A DNA stretch of 64,000 nucleotides from Candidatus Thorarchaeota archaeon. Its GTDB lineage: Archaea > Asgardarchaeota > Thorarchaeia > Thorarchaeales > Thorarchaeaceae. Below the pieces are notes generated by a model. The model saw only the letters and a program-made list of their open reading frames with translations, was not told the DNA's origin and searched no databases. Positions within the stretch are counted from its first letter, which is position 1, and every line of letters starts with the position of its first letter. Position numbers and translations under genes: made by a program. Below, in pieces: positions 8,249 to 18,048 of this stretch. Location of the stretch: positions 32,001 through 96,000 of the forward strand of contig JBHLRS010000002.1 of the NCBI GenBank assembly GCA_048882325.1. The letters run 5' to 3'.

Positions 8249-10315
8249 CTATAGCTCATCAAAGTAGACTCTGAGAAGCTCTGCTACACTCCTTGCCCGA
8301 GATACTGTACCTCGATCTCTATGTGGTTTTGAACCATCGAACATTCCAGATACAGTTCCAAGACACCCGCGTCGAACTGCATTAAGTACAGGTCTGAAGA
8401 TGCTCTTCTCAGCTTTTGCTTTATTTGCCTCTGTTCGTCCATTTACATTCAACCATGCAGTTATGTAGGGACCTATAAGCCACGGATGAACAGTGCCTTG
8501 ATGTGTTGCAGCAGCCCTGCTCTTTGGACCACCTGTATAAGCTCGTGCATATCGCTTGTCAGATGGAGCTAGAGTTCGCAACCCAAATGGAGTAAGTAGC
8601 TCCTTAGTGACAGTTTTTAGAACAGAGTTCGCCTGTATATCATCCAAGATTGGGTACGGCAAACTGATTGCGAAAATTTGATTGGGTCGGATGGATTTGT
8701 CATTTACATCGTCAGTGACGACATCATAGAGATAACCTATTTCCTCATCCCAAAATGTTTGTTGGAATGCTTCTTTGATCCATGAAGCAACTGCTCTAAA
8801 TTCGTAGGGGTCTCTCCCAACAAGATCACACATGTCACCCATAGCCATTAAGACATTGAACCAAAGAGCATTGACCTCGACACATTTTCCGAGTCGTGGA
8901 GTGGCAGTCCAATCGCCTATTCGTTCGTTCATCCAAGAAACCTCAACACCCTCGATCCCAGATATAATCAATCCGTCATGATCCTCATGGATGTTGAATT
9001 TGGTCCCGATTCTATAAGCGGCAATAATAGACTCCATTGTATCCCAAATTATTCCTCTAAGGAACTCGACATCGTTGGTAGCCTCAATATAGTTGTGAAC
9101 TGCCATGATGAACCACAATGATGCATCCACAGAATCATATTCAGGCTGGATTCCTCTGTCAGGAAAGTCATTGGGTACTAAACCATACCTAGAGTGTCGA
9201 GCATAATTTGTAAGAATGGCTCGCGCGTCTTGAAACCTGCCTATCGACATAGTCAGTCCTGGTAGTGCCACCATAGCATCTAAGCCTATATCGGCCAACT
9301 CATGATATCCAGCAATAATAGACCGCATCTTTGTAGAAGCTCTATCAACGATGAAGGTGTCTGCATCTAGAATGAGCCATTCGATATCTTCATCGCGAGT
9401 TCTTTGAGTCATTGCATAGGCTCGGTCGTTTAGTATTTTACGTCGTCGTAACTCTTCAAACCGAAGTTTGGCAAAGTCCTTTCTCTCTGCTTTTGCAAGA
9501 GAACCAAGGCGCTTCATCAACTGCTTCTGGGTGGGACTCACAGCAAAGAGAAATGACAGGAAGTGATCACCTGGTTCGAGTGTAGTATGAAAAACTCCAG
9601 GAATAATCATCTCTTCTTCATGAGGTAACCCCATTGCTTTGTCTTTTCGATAAATCTGGGGTTCGGTTACTCGAACTTCACTCGGTGTGAACTCAGCATC
9701 GGGGGTATATGCATACATCCAAGGACTGTTCGGGCGATCATCATATGAGAAGTATGAATGCTCATCCACCACCTCCACTCCTGGAGTGAAATCTAAGTGT
9801 GGTGGTCTTGCGTGAAGATCTCTACAGGTCTGAATCGGTGTTACGGTGAAAATAGTTTCTTCAGTGTTTTTGATCTCGTAGTTTACTACTGTGATGTTTC
9901 GCCTATAGGCCATGAATACCGTCTTCTCTAGTTCAACAAAACCAGTCTTGTAGACCATCTGTGGTAGAGGATTCAATTCGAAGCGTTTCAAGTATCGGTA
10001 TCCTCGATGAGTGACACCGCTCTTTGTTTGCTCAGTACTAAGATTGCACTCGCCCTCTTTATTGACAAGTGCTTCATCTAATCGGGATAGTGTCAACCAT
10101 CTATCAACCGGGGGATTCAGTGATGATACAAGAAGTCCATGATACCCCCTCACATTCAAACCTACAATCGTTGAAGATGTATATCCGCCAAGACCGTTAG
10201 CATACAGCCACTCAAAAGTAACTGCCCTATTCAGTCTAAGGTCTGCATCTTCCAGAGTAATCACTGTGGGGTCTCCATCCAGTTCTGAATGTAATTGTGC
10301 TATCGAAATATGCAC
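8249..10315 (-). CDS. Glycogen debranching enzyme / amylo-alpha-1,6-glucosidase homologue with substituted catalytic acids
   Basis: EWLYANGLGGY, YHGLLV, IIAGY, SVDASLWF, GKCVEVNALW, RPNQIFA, PFGLRTL and SVAELLR family motifs. Confidence 0.85.
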   Translation of the reverse strand: MHISIAQLHSELDGDPTVITLEDADLRLNRAVTFEWLYANGLGGYTSSTIVGLNVRGYHGLLVSSLNPPVDRWLTLSRLDEALVNKEGECNLSTEQTKSGVTHRGYRYLKRFELNPLPQMVYKTGFVELEKTVFMAYRRNITVVNYEIKNTEETIFTVTPIQTCRDLHARPPHLDFTPGVEVVDEHSYFSYDDRPNSPWMYAYTPDAEFTPSEVRVTEPQIYRKDKAMGLPHEEEMIIPGVFHTTLEPGDHFLSFLFAVSPTQKQLMKRLGSLAKAERKDFAKLRFEELRRRKILNDRAYAMTQRTRDEDIEWLILDADTFIVDRASTKMRSIIAGYHELADIGLDAMVALPGLTMSIGRFQDARAILTNYARHSRYGLVPNDFPDRGIQPEYDSVDASLWFIMAVHNYIEATNDVEFLRGIIWDTMESIIAAYRIGTKFNIHEDHDGLIISGIEGVEVSWMNERIGDWTATPRLGKCVEVNALWFNVLMAMGDMCDLVGRDPYEFRAVASWIKEAFQQTFWDEEIGYLYDVVTDDVNDKSIRPNQIFAISLPYPILDDIQANSVLKTVTKELLTPFGLRTLAPSDKRYARAYTGGPKSRAAATHQGTVHPWLIGPYITAWLNVNGRTEANKAKAEKSIFRPVLNAVRRGCLGTVSGMFDGSKPHRDRGTVSRARSVAELLRVYFDEL

Positions 10316-10407
10316 ACTTTAAGGGTTGTGTCACATTCGTTAGGCTCAGACAGGCATCGTCATAAGGAGGTCGTCTTTTCGAACTTGCTACAGTTGGAGA
10401 GACGTCG

Positions 10408-11694
10408 ATGACAAAAGATGACTACGGAGAAATCATTGAAGATGAATCTGTAGTCGATACTATTGATAACTCAAAGGACAGATTTGGATTGAGTGGAAAT
10501 CTCCAACGTCTTGCCTTTGTCACTGGTATAGCTCAGTTTGTCATGAGTGTTTGGGCTTGGCAATTCAGCATCTTTCTTGAGGCAAGCGTGAATGAATTAT
10601 GGCAAATAGGAATTACGTTCTCAATTGGAACCTTTGCTACAATTATCGGATATGTTGTTTCTGGTACATTGGCAGATTATATTGGAAGAAAAAACGTGAT
10701 GATAGTAGGTTTTATCCCAATGTTTTCGGGACTCCTTGCTCTTCGATTTCTCCCTATCTGGCCAATCATTCCACTGGAATATGCTACGATACAGATTGGA
10801 TGGGCATTCATTCTCATCATGACGAGTGCAATCCCGGCAGATGAAATCGCACAAACTTCTGGCGTGAATGCGGCTCGTACCTTCAATATGGTCCTATTGC
10901 CTGCCTTTCTAATAGATGGCTCAAGCCCAATAATAGCTGGTATTCTCCTAAATGCTGGTTATGTTGCAGGAGACCTTCATTTACTAGCTGCAATAGGAGC
11001 TCTTGTTGCTATGGTGGCGACACATCTAGGAGTCAGGGAGTCTCTTGGTGAGGACATCATTAAGAGAGCCAAATCGGGATCAATCATCACGATTCGAGGA
11101 TTGGGACGGAACTTCTGGGTCTTTGTATCTGGAATGCTGGGATATGTCTTCGTGATGAATTTCGCATTTCCCTATCTGGGAAATCTTGTCGTAAACGAAT
11201 GGGGTGTAAGTGAATCAGTATATGCATTCGCTTGGAGCGCATGGTCATTCACATGTGTAATTTCAATGTATGGTGTTGGGTCTGCAACGGACAAGAACAT
11301 CAGACTTGCGTTGGTCGTGGGTCTCTACTCCACAGCGATAATCGTAGGTCTCTACTCTTATGGTGCTTCTTTGACAGATCTAATCATTATGAACATTCTA
11401 TTAGCTGTCCCGATAGTGATTTGGAGCGGAGCGGAAAAGACACTCGCAGTAAACGGAGTTAGTGAGGAAATGAAGGGTAGAGCATTAGGAACATATCAGT
11501 TCTTAATGGCTTCAACAAGATTGATTGGCCAATTCATAGGAACTTTGCTTTGGGAATACTTTGGTAGTCTAAGGACAGTGTTCGGAGTCGCTAGTATTGC
11601 AGGTATGATTGTAGTGGTGTGGCTTACATACGCTCTTATGACACTGAAACTAGAATACAGAGGAGAATTTGGAACACTCACCAATACCGAGTAA
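10408..11694 (+). CDS. MFS transporter
   Basis: About 12 TM segments; motif A GTLADYIGRK; EEMKGRALG. Confidence 0.85.
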   Translation: MTKDDYGEIIEDESVVDTIDNSKDRFGLSGNLQRLAFVTGIAQFVMSVWAWQFSIFLEASVNELWQIGITFSIGTFATIIGYVVSGTLADYIGRKNVMIVGFIPMFSGLLALRFLPIWPIIPLEYATIQIGWAFILIMTSAIPADEIAQTSGVNAARTFNMVLLPAFLIDGSSPIIAGILLNAGYVAGDLHLLAAIGALVAMVATHLGVRESLGEDIIKRAKSGSIITIRGLGRNFWVFVSGMLGYVFVMNFAFPYLGNLVVNEWGVSESVYAFAWSAWSFTCVISMYGVGSATDKNIRLALVVGLYSTAIIVGLYSYGASLTDLIIMNILLAVPIVIWSGAEKTLAVNGVSEEMKGRALGTYQFLMASTRLIGQFIGTLLWEYFGSLRTVFGVASIAGMIVVVWLTYALMTLKLEYRGEFGTLTNTE

Positions 11695-11750
11695 TCTTCT
11701 TATCTTCGTTTATGTGGATAAAATACTAACAGGAGCCCTGAGGGAGTATT

Positions 11751-13673
11751 ATGAAAGACGATGACTCATCTTTCATTGGCCGTCGTTTACGTCAAACGGG
11801 GGACCTGCTGTTAGGCGGAGCACAGAAACAGGTTGGAGACTATAGGTCAAAATTCGAAGGACTCAGAGGTACGTATGATGATTTTCTGTCTAAACTTATA
11901 GTTTCATATTCGGGTGCAAAATTCGACCCAGCATTTGTTGACAAATTCTTTGGAAAACGGAATCTTTCCTTTGCCGGAATAGATGGGACAATTCTGAAGT
12001 ATGATGTGTTCGATCTGGTTGTGTTCTTCGCTGGTGCTTACAGTGCTCATGGGGAGGTTGACATCTCAGACAAGGGGGATGCGACTATCACCTATGACGA
12101 GAAATATCTTGAACGAGGAATTGGAGTTTCCAGCGTTTTACCTGTATATATCAATGAAGTCCCGCTTATTGATCAGACACTTTTAATTCGTGGCGATGAT
12201 GGACAAGTTGATGATTCTTTCACATTTACTGATGCATGGGTGGTTGATAATTCAGCCTTTGCAGACTTTTTGATGGGGCTTGCTGAGTTTTACTTAGGAT
12301 ACCAGCTTGTGAGTTCAGAGAATCCAGTTGATATTCTATTGTTGGACCGAGTCTTTTCTTCCGAGATAGCATCATTCTATGCTGAGACCTCTGACTTCAG
12401 ATTGAGTCTTGAACATGAGTGTGGGTTGATTGGTCACAAAATCGATGGTAAGCCCTTCAATAAGACCGAGTGGGTGTTTGCCAGGAAACTGTTTGGCAAT
12501 ATGAATTTTGATACACCTCCCGGTAGAGGAGAATATCTACTGCCAAGAATTATAATGGAACTCGGAAGAGAATCGGGTTTTGCATTAACCAGAGATGAGA
12601 TTGCTCAAAGACTTGGACTTACTGATGAGTTTCATCTTGCAAGATTGGATAAGGAGCTGGAAAAGGGGATTAGGGGCTCAGGGGAAACTAAGGGCGTTAT
12701 TACTCGAAAAGGAAAACACTTTGTTCTGAAAGCAGAGTATCGCGAAATCAGAGAACGGACTAGGAAATTAGTCGAAGAAGTATGTGGTCGTATTTTCTCC
12801 TCTGATCCCAATGTATCATATGAAGAACGTTTCAAGGTTGATGGTCGATGGATCACAACAAATGATCTAGCGTTCCTTAGTCTTGCATCACTGCATCTAA
12901 CAGTTGAAAGAAGTTGGGAGAACAGGACTCTGTTGATAGGAGTTGCGAAGGACACCTCAGCGAGAGACCTCAAAAGACAGGTCCTTCCAGTCCTTAATCA
13001 TGTAGGAAGGTTTACTGGTGGTTTTGGAGATAAAGGTCAAGATACACCAGACACGGATCGAATGATTTTACAGTGGATCTCGCTTCATGAGATGGATCGT
13101 CTCAAAGTTCCGTGGGCAACGGTAGAATATGATACTGCGTTTAAGACAGTAGTTCCACACTTTGAAAGATTACCCGGTCTTGTTTCAGGGGCACGGAGGA
13201 ATCAAATATCCCTTGAACGGACCTTCGCAAAGGCTTACTTCCAACTCTGTCAGGCAACTTCTGACCCGAAGCTGAGAAGCAACGTCTTACTCTATGACAG
13301 ACTTGTCTATCCTGAGTTTGACAAGAATTCCAACCAATTGACAAAACTTCATCATGATTATGAGAACAGACCAGATAGCCCTGAAACAGTTGAGGTTCTT
13401 TTCTACGAGGGGGTTGATAACCCAATTCAATCGTTTATCATGCCTCTCTTCAAGATGATGACAAGCATGAGTATCCCTGAGTTGTTTGGCCATTTGAAGC
13501 CACTCTATATTGCAGACAAAGTAGCTAAATACTATTGGAATCAATTCAAGGGGATGGTAGAGAGTACGGGAATCTGGCTAGTTAATCGTCCTGATCTTAG
13601 AGAGTTTCTATTCTATTTGAGTAGTTTTAGAGAAAGGAGGTCTAGTATTGAGCAATCAAGAAAAACAAGTTAA
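11751..13673 (+). CDS. nurA: NurA-family nuclease, enlarged (640 aa) with internal HTH-like insertion
   Basis: FAGIDGT, DILLLD, LIGVAKD, TDRMIL and GHLKPLYIADKVAK motifs; overlaps the downstream HerA. Confidence 0.75.
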   Translation: MKDDDSSFIGRRLRQTGDLLLGGAQKQVGDYRSKFEGLRGTYDDFLSKLIVSYSGAKFDPAFVDKFFGKRNLSFAGIDGTILKYDVFDLVVFFAGAYSAHGEVDISDKGDATITYDEKYLERGIGVSSVLPVYINEVPLIDQTLLIRGDDGQVDDSFTFTDAWVVDNSAFADFLMGLAEFYLGYQLVSSENPVDILLLDRVFSSEIASFYAETSDFRLSLEHECGLIGHKIDGKPFNKTEWVFARKLFGNMNFDTPPGRGEYLLPRIIMELGRESGFALTRDEIAQRLGLTDEFHLARLDKELEKGIRGSGETKGVITRKGKHFVLKAEYREIRERTRKLVEEVCGRIFSSDPNVSYEERFKVDGRWITTNDLAFLSLASLHLTVERSWENRTLLIGVAKDTSARDLKRQVLPVLNHVGRFTGGFGDKGQDTPDTDRMILQWISLHEMDRLKVPWATVEYDTAFKTVVPHFERLPGLVSGARRNQISLERTFAKAYFQLCQATSDPKLRSNVLLYDRLVYPEFDKNSNQLTKLHHDYENRPDSPETVEVLFYEGVDNPIQSFIMPLFKMMTSMSIPELFGHLKPLYIADKVAKYYWNQFKGMVESTGIWLVNRPDLREFLFYLSSFRERRSSIEQSRKTS

Positions 13674-15564
13674 ACACAAGCTATTCACAGATTTCGATGG
13701 AGCTTTTGAAGGCAGACTTGCAAGAGTCATCCCAGTTGCAGCCAATTATACATCGGAGTGGTCTGGCTCCGCAGCTCGATATGATTGCCGAATCAAGATT
13801 CGGTACAACAAAGAACTGATGGCACAACTCGAGGAGGGTATGCTCTTGGCTGTCAAGAATTTCAGGGGGCAGTCCAAGAGGGCAGCGAAGGAAGGGATTG
13901 AACGATTCACTGTGATGGTGATAAGTAAGGTATGGCCACTACACTATGGGCTCGGAGGGGTCAGCGATAGTCACTATTTCCCACTTCAAATGGAAATCAT
14001 CGAACAGTCGGTACCGGACTGGTCAACCGATGACCAAGCAACAATGATGGTTCACATGAATGCTGTTCCAATCAACTACGATCTCGTGATTGATAAGACA
14101 GGCAATATAGAGTTTAAGAAAGGATTTTCATACCCGCTAGTGGGAGAGAAGGCATATGTCATTGACATGGAAACTGTTGACCTCATTTACAACGATAAAG
14201 TGAAGAAGGCAATGGGGTTCACAAAGAAGACTTCAGTTGCTGACCCGAAGAAGGATCCTCGTGTTGGAGTATTGAGGATGTTTATGGAGTCTGGACAGGA
14301 AGTACCAATCTATGTTGACTTGACTAAACTAGTACGGTACCACTTTGGCGTATTCAGCTTTACAGGCGGCGGAAAGAGTAACCTACTCTCTAACTTGTTT
14401 AGGAGGATTCTCTATCATGACAAGGACACTAAGCTGGTTATATTCGACATTAGCTGTGAGTATCCCTTCCTGTTGAGTGATGTTTTCATGGATTCAAAGA
14501 TATCTAGTCTCATTGTTCTTGAGGATGAGGCTAAGACATCAGAACACTTTGCCAGGTCCATTGTTAAACCAAGAGATTTCGAAGAGGATGATAGAGCAAA
14601 CGAAGTCCTAAAGCAGATTTATGACAAAGGGAATGTAACTTTCTACAATAGACCATTGACACAAGTTCCAACGTTTGGCAGTCTCATGCAAGAGATGAGA
14701 TCGATACGGGCAGAGAACTCCAACAGACCAACATACGTTTCAGCAATGGATGCTATCATGGACTTCGTGGCCGATTACATCAACAAGGCGGGCAAATCAG
14801 AACATGACGAGCTCGACACTGCATTCATTGACCAACTGGACTCCACAGCAACTCAAGCAATGACTACTTTCAAAGTTAGTGAGAAATCCAACGTATTCGC
14901 ATGGGCAACGACCAGATCAAGTTTGAAAGGGGTTCTCACCAGGGCACAGAAAGCGAAGAAGTCTGGTGTCACAGTTAAAGAGCTCAGAAAGAAACTCAGT
15001 GGACCTGAGCGAGTCATATGCATCTCGATTGCAGACCCTGATACATTAAGAGACCTCGTTATAAAACTGACCAGTGCAGCACTTCGCTATCGAAAGAGGA
15101 GCTTTGAGATCAAGCCACAGATACTTTTTGTCTTTGATGAGGCACAGGAGTTCATCCCCTCAAATGCCTCAGGTCATCTCGGACAAACGAGTGCAGCTGT
15201 GGAGAGGTTACTCAGACAGGGAAGGAAGTATGGACTAGGTGGAGCTATTGCCACACAGAGAATTGCTTACCTGAACACGAACATCATGCAACAGCTTCAT
15301 ACTTTCTTTGTGGGCACACTCCCACGACCCTATGACAGGACGGTGGTAAGTAGCTCATTCCAGATAGATCTTAGTATTCTTGATAAGACACTCGAGTTTC
15401 CACCTGGGTCATGGCTTTTGTCAAGCTATATCGCAACGGGACTTGACAGTGTTCCAGTTTTTGTGAAAGCTGATAATTCGGAGGATGTTTTGAGGGAACA
15501 TGTTGAATCTGTGTTAACCAAGAAAAATAAGACCGATGAAGAGGAACAAACAAAACTAGGTTAA
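13648..15564 (+). CDS. herA: HerA/FtsK-family ATPase
   Basis: Walker A FSFTGGGKS, FDISCEY, Walker B VFDEAQEF, LRQGRKYG, ATQR; N-terminal beta-barrel-like region. Confidence 0.85.
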   Translation: MSNQEKQVKHKLFTDFDGAFEGRLARVIPVAANYTSEWSGSAARYDCRIKIRYNKELMAQLEEGMLLAVKNFRGQSKRAAKEGIERFTVMVISKVWPLHYGLGGVSDSHYFPLQMEIIEQSVPDWSTDDQATMMVHMNAVPINYDLVIDKTGNIEFKKGFSYPLVGEKAYVIDMETVDLIYNDKVKKAMGFTKKTSVADPKKDPRVGVLRMFMESGQEVPIYVDLTKLVRYHFGVFSFTGGGKSNLLSNLFRRILYHDKDTKLVIFDISCEYPFLLSDVFMDSKISSLIVLEDEAKTSEHFARSIVKPRDFEEDDRANEVLKQIYDKGNVTFYNRPLTQVPTFGSLMQEMRSIRAENSNRPTYVSAMDAIMDFVADYINKAGKSEHDELDTAFIDQLDSTATQAMTTFKVSEKSNVFAWATTRSSLKGVLTRAQKAKKSGVTVKELRKKLSGPERVICISIADPDTLRDLVIKLTSAALRYRKRSFEIKPQILFVFDEAQEFIPSNASGHLGQTSAAVERLLRQGRKYGLGGAIATQRIAYLNTNIMQQLHTFFVGTLPRPYDRTVVSSSFQIDLSILDKTLEFPPGSWLLSSYIATGLDSVPVFVKADNSEDVLREHVESVLTKKNKTDEEEQTKLG

Positions 15565-15566
15565 GT

Positions 15567-16274
15567 TCAAGGTTTCTTAGAACGAATTTCGTCAACGTTG
15601 CGTTGCTCAGCCAGTTCCCCAAATAGGTGTCCAGAGCGTTTCGTCTTGGTTTCAAGATAAGCCCTACTATATTCAGTGGGCTCCATAATCAAAGGTAGTC
15701 GTTCATCGATTCTTATCCCTGCATTAGATAACTGTCTAATCTTCTCTGGATTATTGGTAAGTAGTTTGATTGATTTCACTTGTAAGTTGTTTAGGATACT
15801 AGCGGCTATGCCATAATCCCTCTCGTCAGGTTTGTAGCCCAGGTGGATGTTTGCATCAACTGTATCAAGACCAAGGTCCTGAAGAGCATATGCTCTGATT
15901 TTCTCAGTGAGACCAATGTTACGGCCCTCCTGTCTCAGATAGAGAAGAACACCCTCACCTTCCTCTTCGATAATCTTCATTGAAGTCAGGAGTTGGTCAC
16001 GGCAGTCACAACGTTGACTACCCATCACATCTCCTGTCAAGCATTCGGAGTGGACTCGGGTAACAACACCCTCTTTACCAACGATATTACCTCTGATGAT
16101 AGCAGTGTGCTCCTTTACATCGCATGGACTGATGAAGCCAGCAATCTGAAACGCTCCAAATCTGCTAGGGAGGTCAGCCACTGCTACTAGTTGGACACAG
16201 CATTCATCAGTGACGCAAACCTGCTTCTCACTAGCGATTAGTAGCATATCGATTTGATCTTGGGAGAGCTTCAT
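15567..16274 (-). CDS. ribA: GTP cyclohydrolase II
   Basis: RVHSECLTGD, RCDCRDQL, YLRQEGRNIGL, LLTNNPEK; likely start ATG 16274 rather than 16406, which would overlap the divergent gene. Confidence 0.92.
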   Translation of the reverse strand: MKLSQDQIDMLLIASEKQVCVTDECCVQLVAVADLPSRFGAFQIAGFISPCDVKEHTAIIRGNIVGKEGVVTRVHSECLTGDVMGSQRCDCRDQLLTSMKIIEEEGEGVLLYLRQEGRNIGLTEKIRAYALQDLGLDTVDANIHLGYKPDERDYGIAASILNNLQVKSIKLLTNNPEKIRQLSNAGIRIDERLPLIMEPTEYSRAYLETKTKRSGHLFGELAEQRNVDEIRSKKP

Positions 16275-16391
16275 TATTTTCGGAATGGGGCGATAACCTA
16301 TGCTTGATATACCTTTGTGAATAACAGAATCCGACAGTTCTAAATAGCACCAACATTTTCCCGGACGATATCGTTTCACGAGGGATATCAA

Positions 16392-17459
16392 TTGACCAGA
16401 AACCATGAAGCTGCCTCAGAGAAGAGCCAAGCTTGGCTCAAGGAGAACACAAAAAGATACGCTTTCAAGAAACTTGAGAGAGAGATTATTCAGACCGGAG
16501 CCTGTGTTGAATGTGGCTCTTGCGTCACTGGTTGCCCTGTCGATGCTTTAACCGGAGAGCGCGTGGAGAGCAAGTATGTTCCTACACTGACTGGCAAGTG
16601 TACTGCCTGTGGAATATGCTATGCGATGTGTCCTCGCATTTCTATATTGGAAGACGATCTCATCGGAGAGTATTCGAGTGTTTGGAAAGTGAGGACTCTT
16701 GGAGATCATAATCGTCAAGATGGAGGTGCTGTCACAACGATTCTTGGTTATATGCTCGAGAAGAATGAAATCGAGGCAGCAATTGTTGCAGGTCAGTCTG
16801 ATGAGCTGCCCTGGATGCCTGTTGCAAAAAGAGTCACCACGAAAGAAGATCTACTCGCATCAGGCGGGACTGTCTATACACACGCGCAGGTGATTGGAGA
16901 GATGCACAATTTCTTCAAGGAGAATTTCTCTTCAGTTGGTGTAGTGGGTACAGCGTGCAACATTGATGCTATTCAAAGAATGCAGCAGCACGAGGGAAGT
17001 TATTTGAAACTTGATTCAAAGACAGATGTCTTCAAAGTAAGTCTCTTCTGTATGGAGTCCTTCGATTATAACGGTCTTGTAGGATTCTTGAAAGGTGAAG
17101 GCATCGATATTGGGAAGGTCGAACGATTTGCCATCACTAAAGGCAACTTCATCGTGACAGTTGGCGGAGAGGAAAAGAGCTGGCCAGTAAAGGATCTTGA
17201 TGCCATTTCAGCCTCCTCGTGTTCATATTGCACTGATTTGACTGGAATGAACTCAGATCTCTCATGCGGGAATATTGGTTCAGATGATGGTTGGACCACA
17301 GTTATCGTCAGAAGCAAGAGAGGAGATAAAATCTTCAAATCAGTCATCAAAGAAGGACTCGTGGAAGCAGAGGAGATCGACCAAGCTGCTTTACAAGCTG
17401 TGATTAACACTGCACGATCCAAGAAGCATAAGCGTTTCAAACTGAAACCGATTCATTAG
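16392..17459 (+). CDS. Coenzyme F420 hydrogenase/dehydrogenase beta-subunit family protein (FrhB/FpoF-like) with 2x[4Fe-4S]
   Basis: Two CxxCxxCxxxCP motifs; QDGGAVT, GTAC, LFCMESF, CSYCTD, DLSCGNIGS. Confidence 0.88.
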   Translation: MTRNHEAASEKSQAWLKENTKRYAFKKLEREIIQTGACVECGSCVTGCPVDALTGERVESKYVPTLTGKCTACGICYAMCPRISILEDDLIGEYSSVWKVRTLGDHNRQDGGAVTTILGYMLEKNEIEAAIVAGQSDELPWMPVAKRVTTKEDLLASGGTVYTHAQVIGEMHNFFKENFSSVGVVGTACNIDAIQRMQQHEGSYLKLDSKTDVFKVSLFCMESFDYNGLVGFLKGEGIDIGKVERFAITKGNFIVTVGGEEKSWPVKDLDAISASSCSYCTDLTGMNSDLSCGNIGSDDGWTTVIVRSKRGDKIFKSVIKEGLVEAEEIDQAALQAVINTARSKKHKRFKLKPIH

Positions 17460-17523
17460 GAAATACCCTCTTTGAGATGAATTTCGAGTGAATTCATAAG
17501 AAACGTTGATTCTCAAAGAATAG

Positions 17524-18048
17524 ATGAAGAATAACATCCTGCTAACTGGCAAACCTGGAATTGGGAAAACAACTGCAATAAGAACTGTAGTTAACGAACT
17601 CGGTTCTAGTAGAGTTGCTGGTTTTTTGTCGGGTGAGATTCGAGAGAAAGGACGAAGAGTTGGGTTCAGAATAGAAACACTTTCCGGAAAATTAGGAATA
17701 CTTGCTCATGTGAATCAGAGAGTTGGACCGAAAGTAAGCAAGTATAGAGTCAATATTGAAGATATTGATTCAATCATGGTATCAGAGATGAAGATGGCGC
17801 GTGAATCAAGTAGAATAATCATCATAGATGAGATTGCTAAGATGGAGCTCTACTCGCAGAATTTTGTAAATGAAGTCCGTAAGTGTCTAGACACTAGGCA
17901 GGTTCTTGGAACAATCCAAGAAAGGCGCCTCACTTTCCTTGATGAAATCAGAGCACGGGAGGATGTGCTCATAATTAAACTGACTCCTGCTAACCGTGAC
18001 CGGGTTCCTTTGCAATTACTCGATTTATTTAAGGAGCAAACTATCTAG
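17524..18048 (+). CDS. NTPase_1 (THEP1/NTPCR-like) nucleoside triphosphatase
   Basis: LLTGKPGIGKTT, EIREKGRRVGF, IIIDEIAKMEL. Confidence 0.9.
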   Translation: MKNNILLTGKPGIGKTTAIRTVVNELGSSRVAGFLSGEIREKGRRVGFRIETLSGKLGILAHVNQRVGPKVSKYRVNIEDIDSIMVSEMKMARESSRIIIIDEIAKMELYSQNFVNEVRKCLDTRQVLGTIQERRLTFLDEIRAREDVLIIKLTPANRDRVPLQLLDLFKEQTI

